Assembly: GCA_003169735.1 (NCBI GenBank)
Contig: PNAP01000034.1
Span: forward strand, 45,648 to 109,647
Direction: 5' to 3'
Length of the DNA: 64,000 nucleotides
Source: Chloroflexota bacterium
GTDB lineage: Bacteria; Chloroflexota; Limnocylindria; Limnocylindrales; CSP1-4
The notes below the pieces were generated by a model that worked only from the letters and a program-made list of their open reading frames with translations, was not told the DNA's origin and did no database searches. The translations under genes were made by a program, and so were the position numbers. Shown here in pieces: positions 30,551-40,646 of this stretch; the stretch's first letter is position 1; the number at the start of each line of letters is the position of its first letter.

Positions 30551-30572
30551 TCTCTCGGCCACTTGCGAATGT

Positions 30573-32243
30573 TCAGCCGAGCTTCTCGGCAGAGCCGGGA
30601 ATCGACAGCCGCGAGTCGAATAGCCGTCGTTTCGCGCGTTGTGCCCTGTCGTCGACAGCGCTTCCATCAGAATCGTTGACACAAAGGAAGTCGATGCCCG
30701 TCAATCGCGCTGGGTCAAGTTGGTTGATGCCGTGGGTATCGATAGTCAGTCGCTTGGGGAAGCGCGTGACCGCCTGGCCATGGAGCTCAGCCCAGTGGTG
30801 GTACACGAACGCGATGAGCGGGATGTCCGAGGCGACGCGGAAGCGCGACCGTCGAACCGTTTCGAAGGCTTCGGGCAGCTCAGCTTCGAGCGCGGCGACC
30901 CTCGACTGGCGCAGGGCATGTGCCACATGCTCGTGCTGACGAGTGGGCAGGAACCCGTACCGCTCCAGGACGAGGCGCGCTCCGTTGACCCGTGCCGCCT
31001 GCCAGTCCAGTGCCGTTCCGGCGTCCATCGCCTGCCACCATGAGACGATCGCTCCGTGGGGGGCGAGTGAGGCTATCGTCCTGCCGTCGGCGGTGAAGAA
31101 CGACCCCGGGAAGACGTCATTCCAGACCAGAACGTCATCGTTGAGGTACAGAAAATGCTCGGCGAGTTCGGGCACGCGATGGAGGAACGTCTCGATGGCA
31201 TGCGAGTTGAAGAGCGGCAGGTACTCGGCCGGGATGACTTGCTCATGGTACACCCACCGAATGCGGTCCGAGGCCACGAACCATGAGGGCGGCGCACAGT
31301 TCGAAAGGATGTGGATCCGGCGAACCCATGGCGCGAACATGTCCAGGGACCGGAGCGAGTAGCGAAGCTCATCCGACTGTGCGTATCGGTCCAGATCCAG
31401 CGCGGCCAGGTCGCGGTATCGCGCGAACTGCTCCCGCCAACGCGGATCGTTGGCGTCGACCCAGGTGTAGACCGCATCGATCGGAAAGCTCGCGACCGTG
31501 TCTATCGGGAGCGGCCAGCCAGGGCCGGGCAAGGAACCCTCGAGGATCTGTGCGACCGGCGCGCTGTCGGCGAGCGCCCGCCATCGCGAAGGACCCGACC
31601 TTGCCCAGGGCCGGATGCAGATGTTCTCGACCAGTCGCTCCCCATCCAGGACGAACATCCGGAAAGTCGGCCTCGTGCGGAGCTGGTCGACCAGGCGGGT
31701 AACATTGGCTGCGGTCAGCCGATCGAGCCGAGTCCGCAGGTCGACCATGACGTGCAGGCCCCGCGTCTCGGACGCAGCCAGCACCGACCGCAGCAGCCGT
31801 CCCAGGTCCGGCACCCTGATGTCGAACCCGAGCGATTCCCCGGTGGCGAAGCGCGAGGCTCCCAGGTCGAGGCTGGCCGCGATGGTAGCAATGGGCGCTT
31901 CGACCCCTGCCGGAACGATGTCCCCGTCTTCCCGGCTGGGCCGGTGGCCGCCGTGGACGAGCGAGCTGAGCACGCCTGTCGACGATGGAACCCTGGTGCG
32001 CGACTCGACCTTCGTCGGCCTGCGGCGAGTGAAACGGCGAGCGACCCGGCGCAGGAAGCCGCGAGGTCCTGACCGGGCACGTCGCCGTTGCGCGCGCCCC
32101 GACCGGCAGTTCGCGGCTCGGGGTGAGCCGACGTTGCTGAGCGTCCTCCGAACGACGATCGAGCGCGGACGGGGCGCGAGGAACGCTCGGATGTTGGCAT
32201 TAACCGCGTCGTAGAAGTCAGCGGTCATTCCGAAGACGTTCAT
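30573..32243 (-). CDS. Stealth-family (CpsY/SacB-like) hexose-1-phosphoryltransferase
   Basis: CR1 IDAVYTWVDANDPRW and CR2 FLYLNDDVLV motifs. GC is about 60%, well below the ~72% of flanking DNA. The ORF can extend to 32504 through an Arg-rich low-complexity N-terminus. Confidence 0.7.
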   Translation of the reverse strand: MNVFGMTADFYDAVNANIRAFLAPRPRSIVVRRTLSNVGSPRAANCRSGRAQRRRARSGPRGFLRRVARRFTRRRPTKVESRTRVPSSTGVLSSLVHGGHRPSREDGDIVPAGVEAPIATIAASLDLGASRFATGESLGFDIRVPDLGRLLRSVLAASETRGLHVMVDLRTRLDRLTAANVTRLVDQLRTRPTFRMFVLDGERLVENICIRPWARSGPSRWRALADSAPVAQILEGSLPGPGWPLPIDTVASFPIDAVYTWVDANDPRWREQFARYRDLAALDLDRYAQSDELRYSLRSLDMFAPWVRRIHILSNCAPPSWFVASDRIRWVYHEQVIPAEYLPLFNSHAIETFLHRVPELAEHFLYLNDDVLVWNDVFPGSFFTADGRTIASLAPHGAIVSWWQAMDAGTALDWQAARVNGARLVLERYGFLPTRQHEHVAHALRQSRVAALEAELPEAFETVRRSRFRVASDIPLIAFVYHHWAELHGQAVTRFPKRLTIDTHGINQLDPARLTGIDFLCVNDSDGSAVDDRAQRAKRRLFDSRLSIPGSAEKLG

Positions 32244-32516
32244 CAGTCTCGTTCCAAGGGCGACGGTCGTTCCTCGCCAACGGTCGGCCACGAGGAAACG
32301 AGCAAGCGTCGAGTGTATCGCAACGGTGCTCCGGCACCCGAGCGACAAGGCGCTCGCAGACGCGCGCGGGGTTGCCAGCCGGTCGCTCCAGGTCCGGCTT
32401 ACGCATGACGCTTTCGGAGCTGGCGCCCGAGACCGGCGCTCATGCCCAAATAGGACTGGGCAGGGAGAGCGGCGTGTCGGCCGTGCGCGCGACCGGCGCG
32501 TCAAGGCGCCTCCCCT

Positions 32517-33725
32517 TCAGGCCACCTTCCAGACGCGCCACAACGCGGCAGGGTCGCTCAACGGGTCGCCGTGGACGAGGAAAAAGTCGGCCGGGCCGCC
32601 GTCGCGGAGAACGCCCGCTTCGGCCTCCCCGAGGAGCTCGCCCCCTCGCCAGGTCGCGGCGCCCAACGCCTCCCACGGCTCGAGGCCCGCGGCGACCAGC
32701 GACTCGACTTCCCAGGCCAACTGATCGGCGCGCAGCGAGCCGCCGCCGAAGTCCGTGCCGGTGCAGATGGCCACGCCGGCGGCCTTCGCCAGCCGCACGC
32801 TCTCCTCGGCCCGTTCCAGGCGACCACGGATCCTGGCTGCACTCTCCTCACCGACGAAGCGTGGCAGGTCGGTAGTCCGCCCGAAGGTCAGCCACGAGCG
32901 CATCACCGCAAGCGTGCTCACGAGGCGGACGCCGTTGGCGGTCATCGTGCGTGCCACGTCAGCGTCCAGCTCGAAGCCGTGTTCGAGGGAATCGACGCCG
33001 GCCTCGGCGCCGACCCGGGCACCGTCGAGTCGGCCCGAATGCGCCGTGATGCGAGCGCCGCGCCCGTGGACGGCAGCCACGACCCGCCGGACCTCGTCGA
33101 CCGACCAGGGCGAGAGGTCGGGGTCGGGGCCATCGAGGTAGATCTTGACGAGGTCGGCGCCATCGTCGAGCTGGCCGTTGGCCGCCGCCACGAGTTCATC
33201 GCCGTTGGCCGCCTCGACGCCACCGTCGGTCGGGTCCACGCCCGTGCCCATGATCCAGGCTCCGGCGGCTCGAACGTAGGGTCGGTCACGCCGGCCACGC
33301 CACCGATCGCGCACACCCAGGCTCAGCGACCGGCGCCGTCCATCGATCGGGTCGACGCCCATCGGCGCGCCGACATCGCGGGTCCATCGGACGCCGGCGG
33401 CGAGTGCCAGCTGGCCGTTCTCCTCGGCGACGGCGACCAGCTCCGCCGGTGGATCCTTGAACCGCTCGATCCAGTGCGCGCCACCGGGTCCGGTCAGGTG
33501 GCTGTGGCAATCGACCATGCCGGGCACGAACGTCGCGCCGGCCGCGTCGATGACCCGCAGTCCCTCGGCCGATCCGGGATCCTCCTCGCCGCCGCTCGGG
33601 CGGATCCAGGCGATCGTGTCGCCGTGGACGAGGATGCTCACGTCGAGCCGCAGGTCGGCCGAACGGCCGTCAGCGAGCGCGCCGCCGCGGTAGAGGACGC
33701 GATTCGGAGTCGAAACTGTCACCAT
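32517..33725 (-). CDS. Amidohydrolase family metal-dependent hydrolase
   Basis: DCHSHL metal-binding motif, TIM-barrel amidohydrolase fold. Start chosen at MVTVSTP. Confidence 0.7.
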   Translation of the reverse strand: MVTVSTPNRVLYRGGALADGRSADLRLDVSILVHGDTIAWIRPSGGEEDPGSAEGLRVIDAAGATFVPGMVDCHSHLTGPGGAHWIERFKDPPAELVAVAEENGQLALAAGVRWTRDVGAPMGVDPIDGRRRSLSLGVRDRWRGRRDRPYVRAAGAWIMGTGVDPTDGGVEAANGDELVAAANGQLDDGADLVKIYLDGPDPDLSPWSVDEVRRVVAAVHGRGARITAHSGRLDGARVGAEAGVDSLEHGFELDADVARTMTANGVRLVSTLAVMRSWLTFGRTTDLPRFVGEESAARIRGRLERAEESVRLAKAAGVAICTGTDFGGGSLRADQLAWEVESLVAAGLEPWEALGAATWRGGELLGEAEAGVLRDGGPADFFLVHGDPLSDPAALWRVWKVA

Positions 33726-33731
33726 CCAAGC

Positions 33732-34247
33732 ATGGCAAAGTCGGTCGTCGCGCGCTGGGCGTCGGGGCTGGTGTTCGACGCCATCTCCGAGTCCGGTGGC
33801 GAGGTCCGTGCGGTTGGCGATAGCGGCGCCGCCGGCAACCGGCCGACCGAGCTGCTCCTTGCCGCGCTGGCCACGTGCACGGCGATGGACGTCATCGACA
33901 TCTGCCGAAAGAAACGCCAGATCATCGACGGCTACGAGGTGCACGTCACCGGCGAACAGTGGGCGTCCATCCCCGCCTCGTTCCGTGCCATCACGGTCGA
34001 GCATCGGTTCCGGGGACGAGACATCGACCCCAAGGCCGTCGCCAGGGCCATCGAGCTCTCCGCCACGCGCTACTGCATGATCATCGAGCAGTTCGCCCGC
34101 GGCGATGCGACCGTGCGCTCGAGCTACGTGATCGAGGGCGAGGATGGCACGGGCGAGGACTCAGGGGGACCGGTCGAGGTCGTGACGGTCGGGCCGGGCG
34201 GCGCCGGACTTCAGGCCGGCAGCGCCCGTTCGGCTGGGCCGACGTAG
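33732..34247 (+). CDS. OsmC/Ohr family peroxiredoxin-like protein
   Basis: ELLLAALATCTAMDV and RYCMI motifs (the two OsmC Cys residues). Confidence 0.75.
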   Translation: MAKSVVARWASGLVFDAISESGGEVRAVGDSGAAGNRPTELLLAALATCTAMDVIDICRKKRQIIDGYEVHVTGEQWASIPASFRAITVEHRFRGRDIDPKAVARAIELSATRYCMIIEQFARGDATVRSSYVIEGEDGTGEDSGGPVEVVTVGPGGAGLQAGSARSAGPT

Positions 34248-35314
34248 CGGACGTCCGGCCGGATGAGTCGATTCGCCTGGCCCTGTTCGATGCAGTGGGC
34301 AGTCCAGCCGGCGTGGCGAGCCAGGGCGAAAGTGGCCGGGAAGATGGCCGGCGGCAATCCGACGCCCTGGAGCACGGCGGCGGTATAGAACTCGACGTTG
34401 GTCTGCAGCGGCCGCTCCGGGTGGCGCTCCTTCAGGACGCGCAGGGCCACGTCCTCCACGGCCACGGCGAGCTTGAGCCACTCGGCCGTGCCGGCCATCC
34501 CTTCCGCCACTTCGCGCAGGGCGGCCGCGCGCGGGTCGTAGGCGCGGTACACGCGATGGCCGAAACCCATCAGCCGGTCGCCGCGATCGAGCGCGTCATT
34601 GATCCATTTCTCGGCCCGTTCGGGCGAGCCGATCTCGTGCAGCTGGCTCACCACCTCGGACGGCGCGCCACCGTGGAGCGGCCCCTTCAAGGCCCCGATC
34701 GCGCCGCACAGCGCGCTGGCGAGATCGGATTGGGTGGAGGTGATGACGCGTGCCGTGAACGTCGAGGCGTTGAAGCCATGTTCCGCGGCGACGATGAAGT
34801 ACGCGTCCAGCGCGCGCGCCGACGCGGCGTCCGGCCGCTTGCCGTTGAGTTGGTAGAGGAACCCCGCCGAGAGCGGCAGGCTCGGGTCGGGATCGATCGG
34901 TTCATCGCCCCGTTGGATGCGCACGAACGCGGCCAGCGACGACGGTGCGATGGCGGTCAGTGCCCGCGCCTGCTCGGGCGTCGGCGGCCAGGTCGGCCGC
35001 TCGGCGGCGCCCCACGCGGAGACAGCTCCGCGCAGCGCATCCATGGCATTGGTGCCCGGCGGCAGCGCGCGCAGCGACTTGATGACGCCATCGGTCAGCG
35101 GCGCACAGGGCAGGTCAGCCGAGGGCGCCCACTCCCCGGTCCAGAGAAGATCGGCGACCTGCGCGTAGGTCCCGTGGCGCACGAGATCGCCGATGGGGTA
35201 GCCGCGGTAGGTGAGCTTGCCGTTCAGGCCGTCGACCTTGGCGATGGCCGTTTCGCCCGCGAGGACGCCCTCGAGCCCGGGGGAGAGCGTCCGGTCGTCG
35301 GTCTTCTGATCCAT
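34211..35314 (-). CDS. Citrate synthase (short, CitA-like)
   Basis: LTYRGYPIGDL and GFGHRVY motifs. Confidence 0.8.
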   Translation of the reverse strand: MDQKTDDRTLSPGLEGVLAGETAIAKVDGLNGKLTYRGYPIGDLVRHGTYAQVADLLWTGEWAPSADLPCAPLTDGVIKSLRALPPGTNAMDALRGAVSAWGAAERPTWPPTPEQARALTAIAPSSLAAFVRIQRGDEPIDPDPSLPLSAGFLYQLNGKRPDAASARALDAYFIVAAEHGFNASTFTARVITSTQSDLASALCGAIGALKGPLHGGAPSEVVSQLHEIGSPERAEKWINDALDRGDRLMGFGHRVYRAYDPRAAALREVAEGMAGTAEWLKLAVAVEDVALRVLKERHPERPLQTNVEFYTAAVLQGVGLPPAIFPATFALARHAGWTAHCIEQGQANRLIRPDVRYVGPAERALPA

Positions 35315-35324
35315 CGCCGCCAGT

Positions 35325-35942
35325 CTAGTCCGAAGGTTGTCCGGTCATCGATTCGGCTCGGTCGAGCAGCACGCCGGCGCGGAGCATCTCCTCGACGGCT
35401 CGGTCGCCGTCGCCCGCCTGAAGGTCAACGGCACGGATCTTGTCATCGAGGACGGTCACGGGGTATCCGCCTTCTCGTCCATCCAGCGCCGTGCTCTTGA
35501 CGCAGTAGTCGGTCGCCAGGCCACAGATGACCAGATGCGTCGCGCCGGCCTCCGCCAGTAGGTCGGCCAGACCGGTCGGCACCGTCGCGCCGATGACCGG
35601 GTCGCGCATCGTGAAACCGGAATAGCCGTCCTCGCCGTTGCTGCCCTTGCGCACCACCGGCCCGATGACGGTCAGGTCGGGGTGGAACTCGGCTCCCCAC
35701 GTGTCCTGGACGCAGTGGACGGGCCAGACGCCGCCGTCCTTCTGGAAGTGAGGGGTCACGGCCGGGTGCCAATCCTGGGTGTAGACGACGGTGGCGCCGA
35801 CTGCTCTCGCCCGCGCCACCTCGGCGTTGATCAGCGTCACGATCTGCTCGCCGGTCCGGACGTACAGGCTGCCCGACGGATCGGCGAAGTCGTTCTGGAC
35901 ATCGATGACCAGGAGGGCGGTGGTCGGGTCGTACGCTGGCAC
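35325..35942 (-). CDS. pncA: Nicotinamidase/pyrazinamidase (isochorismatase family)
   Basis: LLVIDVQNDF, the HCV metal site, and catalytic ATDYCVK. Confidence 0.8.
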   Translation of the reverse strand: MPAYDPTTALLVIDVQNDFADPSGSLYVRTGEQIVTLINAEVARARAVGATVVYTQDWHPAVTPHFQKDGGVWPVHCVQDTWGAEFHPDLTVIGPVVRKGSNGEDGYSGFTMRDPVIGATVPTGLADLLAEAGATHLVICGLATDYCVKSTALDGREGGYPVTVLDDKIRAVDLQAGDGDRAVEEMLRAGVLLDRAESMTGQPSD

Positions 35943-36121
35943 GCACTCATGCTAGCCCGGCAGGCCCGCTGACCCGCAACCGACCGGGTACGCGGCGTGT
36001 TCTAGCATGCGGAGGCCGTGAGCCGTGGTCGTAACACCCGTCGCGGGCAGGGCCCGGCGTCTCTACGGCCGGGCGCCAGCGCCCCTGACAGGACCAGACC
36101 CGCGGCTGTAGGCTCCCGTCG

Positions 36122-37153
36122 ATGATCATGATCGGACGGCGGTTGCTGCGCGGCTACCGGCAGCGGCAAGTGACCGCGAGCGGCTCGGGGCGACCGGCGC
36201 CGCCGGTCTGGCATCGCGAGCTGTCGGCCGATACGGGCGCACCGGTCATCGAGGCTCGCGACCTGCGCAAGGCCTACGGCCAGATCCAGGCCGTCGACGG
36301 GGTGAGTTTCACGGTCGCGCGCGGCGAGATCTTCGGCATGCTCGGGCCGAACGGTGCCGGCAAGACGACCACGGTCGAGATGCTCGAGGGCCTGCGAAAA
36401 GCGGATTCGGGCGTGGCGATGGTGCTCGGCATCGACGCCGGCCGCGATCCCGACGCGCTCAAGGAGCGCATCGGCGTCCAGCTCCAGGCCTCATCGCTCT
36501 ACCCTCGGCTGACCGTGACCGAGGTCATCGACCTGTTCGGCAGTTTCTACCAGCACCGCCGCCCGACCGAGGAGATCATCGAGGCGCTCGACCTCGGCGA
36601 ACGCCGCGATGGTCGCACGAGCGAACTCTCGGGCGGCCAGCAGCAGCGCCTGTCCGTGGCGTTGACCCTGGTCAACGATCCTGAACTGATCTTCCTCGAC
36701 GAACCGACGACCGGGCTCGACCCGCAGGCGCGGCGCCTCCTCTGGGACCTGGTGCGCGTCAAGAAGGAGGAGGGCCGGACGGTGATGATGACGACCCACT
36801 CGATGGAGGAAGCCGAGGAGCTGTGCGACCGCGTGGCCATCATGGATCACGGCCACATCCTCGAGATGGGCACGGTCAGCGAGCTGATCCAGCGGCGCTT
36901 CAAGGACCTGTCGATCCGCTTCGACACCATCCCCGGCCTCGATGATGCGCGGCTCAGCGCACTGCCCGGCGTCTCCCGCGTGGTCCATGAGGACGGCGAG
37001 ATCGCGCTCTATACACCAGACGTTGCGTCGAGCATCGGTGGTCTGCTGGCGGCCACGACGGCGATGGGCGCCGAACCCAAGAACCTGGCCGTCCGGCGCG
37101 CGACGCTCGAGGATGTCTTCCTGGAGCTGACCGGCAGGGCCCTGCGAGACTAG
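36122..37153 (+). CDS. ABC-2 type transporter ATP-binding protein (DrrA-like)
   Basis: GPNGAGKTT, LSGGQQQRLSVA, and Walker B IFLDEPTTGLD. The true start may be GTG at 36170. Confidence 0.8.
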   Translation: MIMIGRRLLRGYRQRQVTASGSGRPAPPVWHRELSADTGAPVIEARDLRKAYGQIQAVDGVSFTVARGEIFGMLGPNGAGKTTTVEMLEGLRKADSGVAMVLGIDAGRDPDALKERIGVQLQASSLYPRLTVTEVIDLFGSFYQHRRPTEEIIEALDLGERRDGRTSELSGGQQQRLSVALTLVNDPELIFLDEPTTGLDPQARRLLWDLVRVKKEEGRTVMMTTHSMEEAEELCDRVAIMDHGHILEMGTVSELIQRRFKDLSIRFDTIPGLDDARLSALPGVSRVVHEDGEIALYTPDVASSIGGLLAATTAMGAEPKNLAVRRATLEDVFLELTGRALRD

Positions 37154-37158
37154 ACGAG

Positions 37159-38241
37159 ATGCGACCCCTCATCGCCCTGACCATCGCCAACATCAAGAGC
37201 TTCACCCGCGACCGTGCGGCCATCTTCTGGACGATCGCCTTTCCGATCCTGTTCGTTGTCCTTTTCGGATCGATCTTCTCGGGCGGCTCGGGCAGCACGT
37301 TCAAGATCGGCTGGGCCGACCAGGACGGCACGCCGGCCTCGACCGCATTGCGCGCCGCCTTCGATTCGACCGGGCTGCTCAAACTGACCGACGGGACGGA
37401 GACCGACCTGGTGGCGAAGATGGCCAACGGCGACCTCGACGGGGTCATCGTCGTGCAGCCGGGCCTCGGCGCAGCGTTCGCGACCGATGGCACCACCACG
37501 CTCGGCCTCCGCACCGATCCGAGCCAGCAGACGCAGAGCGCGACCATCCGCCAGGTCGTCTCGCAGGTCGTCAACGCCGCGAACCTCCAGGCGACCGGCA
37601 AGTCGGCGGTGATCTCGGTCGACGATGAGGCGCTCCAGACCAACAACATCGGCACCGCGGCCTACTTCGTGCCGAGCATCCTGGCCATGGCGCTCATGCA
37701 ACTCGGCGTCTTCAGCGCCATCCCGCTCGTCGAGCAGCGCGAGAAGCACATCCTGAAGCGCCTCAGCGCGACGCCGCTCAACCGCGCCACGTTGGTCGGC
37801 AGCAACATCATCATGCGGCTGCTCCTCGCGTTGATGCAGACGATCCTCATCGTCGCCGTCGGTGGCGTGCTCTTCGGCGTGTCGATCATCGGCAGCCTGG
37901 CACTGGTGGCCGGCTTCGTGGTGCTCGGGTCGGTCACCTTCATCTCGATCGGCTACGTCATCGCCTCGTACGCCAAGACCGAGGAATCGGCCAACGCCCT
38001 GACGAGCATGGTCCAGTTCCCGCTGATGTTCCTGTCGGGCATCTTCTTCCCAATCGCCCTGATGCCCGACTTCCTGCGGCCGATCGCGACGCTGATGCCG
38101 TTGACCTACCTCGGCGACGCGCTCCGGCAGGTCATGGTCGGTGGAGCGCCCTTTGCTTCGCTGGCCATCGATGCGCTCGTCCTGGGCGGCTGGCTGGCGG
38201 TCAGCTTCCTGATCTCGGCGCGCTACTTCCGGTGGCAATAA
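37159..38241 (+). CDS. ABC-2 family transporter permease
   Basis: N-terminal TM helix, a large extracytoplasmic loop, then five C-terminal TM helices. Confidence 0.75.
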   Translation: MRPLIALTIANIKSFTRDRAAIFWTIAFPILFVVLFGSIFSGGSGSTFKIGWADQDGTPASTALRAAFDSTGLLKLTDGTETDLVAKMANGDLDGVIVVQPGLGAAFATDGTTTLGLRTDPSQQTQSATIRQVVSQVVNAANLQATGKSAVISVDDEALQTNNIGTAAYFVPSILAMALMQLGVFSAIPLVEQREKHILKRLSATPLNRATLVGSNIIMRLLLALMQTILIVAVGGVLFGVSIIGSLALVAGFVVLGSVTFISIGYVIASYAKTEESANALTSMVQFPLMFLSGIFFPIALMPDFLRPIATLMPLTYLGDALRQVMVGGAPFASLAIDALVLGGWLAVSFLISARYFRWQ

Positions 38242-38987
38242 CACCGGGCGAGGCGCCACGTGGCCGCCTCTATGTCGGCACGAGCGGCTTCTCATACGCG
38301 GCCTGGGCACCGCGCTTCTATCCGCCGGGCACGAAGGGCGACGCGCTGCTGCCGGCCTATGCCGCGCGCCTCGGTGCGTGCGAACTCAACAACACCTTCT
38401 ACCAGCACCCGACCGCGGCGCGCGTGGAGGCGTGGCTGGCGGCCACGCCGCCCGACTTCCGGTTCACCGTCAAGGCGCAACGCGGAGGCAGCATCCGCGC
38501 GATGCGTGCCGACCCCGGCATGACGCTGCCCTGGTTGACCGCCCCGTACCGCTGGTTCGGGGAGCGGCTCGGGACGGTCCTCTTCCGCGTGCCCAAGGAC
38601 GTGCCGCGCGACGATGCGGCCCTGCTAGCGTTCCTCGCCGCCTGGCCGGCTCCCATGCCGCTGACCATGGAATTCCAGCACCCGTCATGGGTCGATGACG
38701 AGATCCATGCCGTCCTCCGCGAGCACGGCGTCGTGCTGTGCGCGACCGACCTGGACGAACTCGAGACGCCGCCTGACCTGCGCGCGACGGGCCGCTTCCT
38801 CTACCTTCGACTGCGCCGCTCGACCTACACCGACGCCGAGCTGGACGCCTGGGCCGGGCGGATCGAGCCCTTCCTGGCCGACGGCCGGGACGTCTACGTC
38901 TTCTTCCGGCACGACGAGACCGGCGAATCGGCCGTCAGGGCGATGGCATTTCGGCGGCGATCCGGCGACCTTCAGCACCGAGCGTGA
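38232..38987 (+). CDS. DUF72 domain protein
   Basis: LYVGTSGFSYAAW and the remaining DUF72 pattern. Confidence 0.65.
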   Translation: MAITPGEAPRGRLYVGTSGFSYAAWAPRFYPPGTKGDALLPAYAARLGACELNNTFYQHPTAARVEAWLAATPPDFRFTVKAQRGGSIRAMRADPGMTLPWLTAPYRWFGERLGTVLFRVPKDVPRDDAALLAFLAAWPAPMPLTMEFQHPSWVDDEIHAVLREHGVVLCATDLDELETPPDLRATGRFLYLRLRRSTYTDAELDAWAGRIEPFLADGRDVYVFFRHDETGESAVRAMAFRRRSGDLQHRA

Positions 38988-39792
38988 GCGGCCCGACCAC
39001 GAACCGCGCGATCAGATAGGCCGCGAAACTGAGCGACGTGACGTAGAAGCTGACCGGGGCGTTGGTCACGAGGGCGGCGAGGATGCCCCCGACGGTGCAG
39101 AACAACGCGATGGCCACGCTGTAGACCGTGGCTCGGCCGGGCCTGGCCGTCAGGCGCTCCGCAGTGGCGCCCGGGGTGATGAGCAGCGTCAGGATGAGCA
39201 GCACGCCGACGACCTGGACGGCTTCGGCGACCGCCGCCGCCATGATCAGCAGGAAGACGATGGCCAGTGCCCCGACCGGCACGCCGCGCGCTTCGGCCAC
39301 GTCGGGATCGACCGTCGCGAACATCAGCGGCCGATAGACGATACCGAGCGCCACGAGCGTGATGACGCCGATCACGACAAGCAGCAGCACGTCATCGTGG
39401 CTGACCCCGGTGATGGTCCCGAAGAGGATGGCGAACGCCTCCGTGGCGTAGCGCGGATACAGCGTCAGGAACAGCACGCCGAGCCCGAGTCCGAAGGCCA
39501 TCACCACGCCCACGACGGCATCACGCTCGCGCACGCGCACGCCCAGCGCGCCGATGAAGAGGGCCGTGATGGTCGTTCCCGCGAGCAGCCCGATGACCGG
39601 CGAGACACCGACCAGGATGGCGCCGGCCGAACCGGTGAAGCCGAGCTCGGCGAGCGCGTGGACGGCGAACGACATGTTGCGTGCGACCACGAACCGGCTG
39701 ACGATGCCCGAGACGACGGCGATGACGACGCCGGCCGCGATGGCGTTCTGGACGAACTCGTAGCCGAGCAGGTGCGTCAGCTGATCGAACAT
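38935..39792 (-). CDS. znuB: Metal (Zn/Mn) ABC transporter permease
   Basis: Eight to nine TM segments of the ABC-3 family. Confidence 0.8.
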   Translation of the reverse strand: MFDQLTHLLGYEFVQNAIAAGVVIAVVSGIVSRFVVARNMSFAVHALAELGFTGSAGAILVGVSPVIGLLAGTTITALFIGALGVRVRERDAVVGVVMAFGLGLGVLFLTLYPRYATEAFAILFGTITGVSHDDVLLLVVIGVITLVALGIVYRPLMFATVDPDVAEARGVPVGALAIVFLLIMAAAVAEAVQVVGVLLILTLLITPGATAERLTARPGRATVYSVAIALFCTVGGILAALVTNAPVSFYVTSLSFAAYLIARFVVGPLTLGAEGRRIAAEMPSP

Positions 39793-40646
39793 CAGCTGAC
39801 GCTCGCCGGTGGGCGACCCGGGTCATGGTCGACCGACGGGATGTGGTGCGGCTCGCCGATCTCGAAGCCAGAACCGGTCGACTCGCTGACCACGAGGACC
39901 CGCCCATGGACGCGCAGGACGTCGACATGCGAGCCATACAGGTCGGTCATCCGCTCGGAGGTCAGGACCTCGTCGGGCGTCCCGGCTGCCCATCGTCCGT
40001 TGACCACGAACAGGACCCGGTCGACGAGGTTGAGGACCGGGTTGACGTCGTGGGTCACGAATAGGACGGTGCGACCCGTCTGGCGCTGCCACCGGCCGAT
40101 CAGCTCGGTGATCTCCTGCTGGTGGCGCAGGTCGAGACTGGCCAGCGGCTCGTCACAGAGGAGCAGTTGCGGGTCGCCGACCAGCGCCTGGGCGATGCGC
40201 AGCCGCTGCTGCTCGCCACCCGAGAGACGCCCGATGGGGGCATCGGCGTAGGCGCTCGCTTCGACCGATTCGATGGCCTCGGCGACGCGCTTTCGGGTCG
40301 CGGCGTCGCTCCGGCCGAAGCCCCAGCGATAGCCATCGACGCCGAACTGGACGAGGTCACGCCCGCGCAACGGCAGGTCGGGATCGAACGATTGGTGCTG
40401 CGGCACGTAGCCGATGGCCGGGTTGCCGCGGCGTGGCGGCTCGCCAAGCACCTCGATCGTGCCGGCGGACAGTGGTGCGAGGCCCAGGATGACGCGCAGC
40501 AGCGAGGTCTTGCCCGAGCCGTTCGGCCCGAGGATGGCCACGAAGGAAGGCGCCCCGAAGTCGAGCGAGAGATCGCTCCAGACGCGGTGGCCCCGGAAGT
40601 CGAGGGTCGCGTCGCGCAGGCGCACGACCGAAGTGCCGTCAGCCAC
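39792..40646 (-). CDS. znuC: Metal ABC transporter ATP-binding protein
   Basis: GPNGSGKTS, LSGGEQQRL, and Walker B LLLCDEP. Confidence 0.8.
   Translation of the reverse strand: MADGTSVVRLRDATLDFRGHRVWSDLSLDFGAPSFVAILGPNGSGKTSLLRVILGLAPLSAGTIEVLGEPPRRGNPAIGYVPQHQSFDPDLPLRGRDLVQFGVDGYRWGFGRSDAATRKRVAEAIESVEASAYADAPIGRLSGGEQQRLRIAQALVGDPQLLLCDEPLASLDLRHQQEITELIGRWQRQTGRTVLFVTHDVNPVLNLVDRVLFVVNGRWAAGTPDEVLTSERMTDLYGSHVDVLRVHGRVLVVSESTGSGFEIGEPHHIPSVDHDPGRPPASVS

Noticed and set aside
30551-30572. Terminator between the convergent ABC exporter and Stealth genes
   Set aside because: The spacer is only 22 bp with no stable hairpin, so convergent transcription probably terminates within the genes or further on.
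32571-34247. 558-aa plus-strand ORF
   Set aside because: Only the last 171 codons (the OsmC domain, from ATG 33732) are real. The upstream part is antisense to the amidohydrolase gene.
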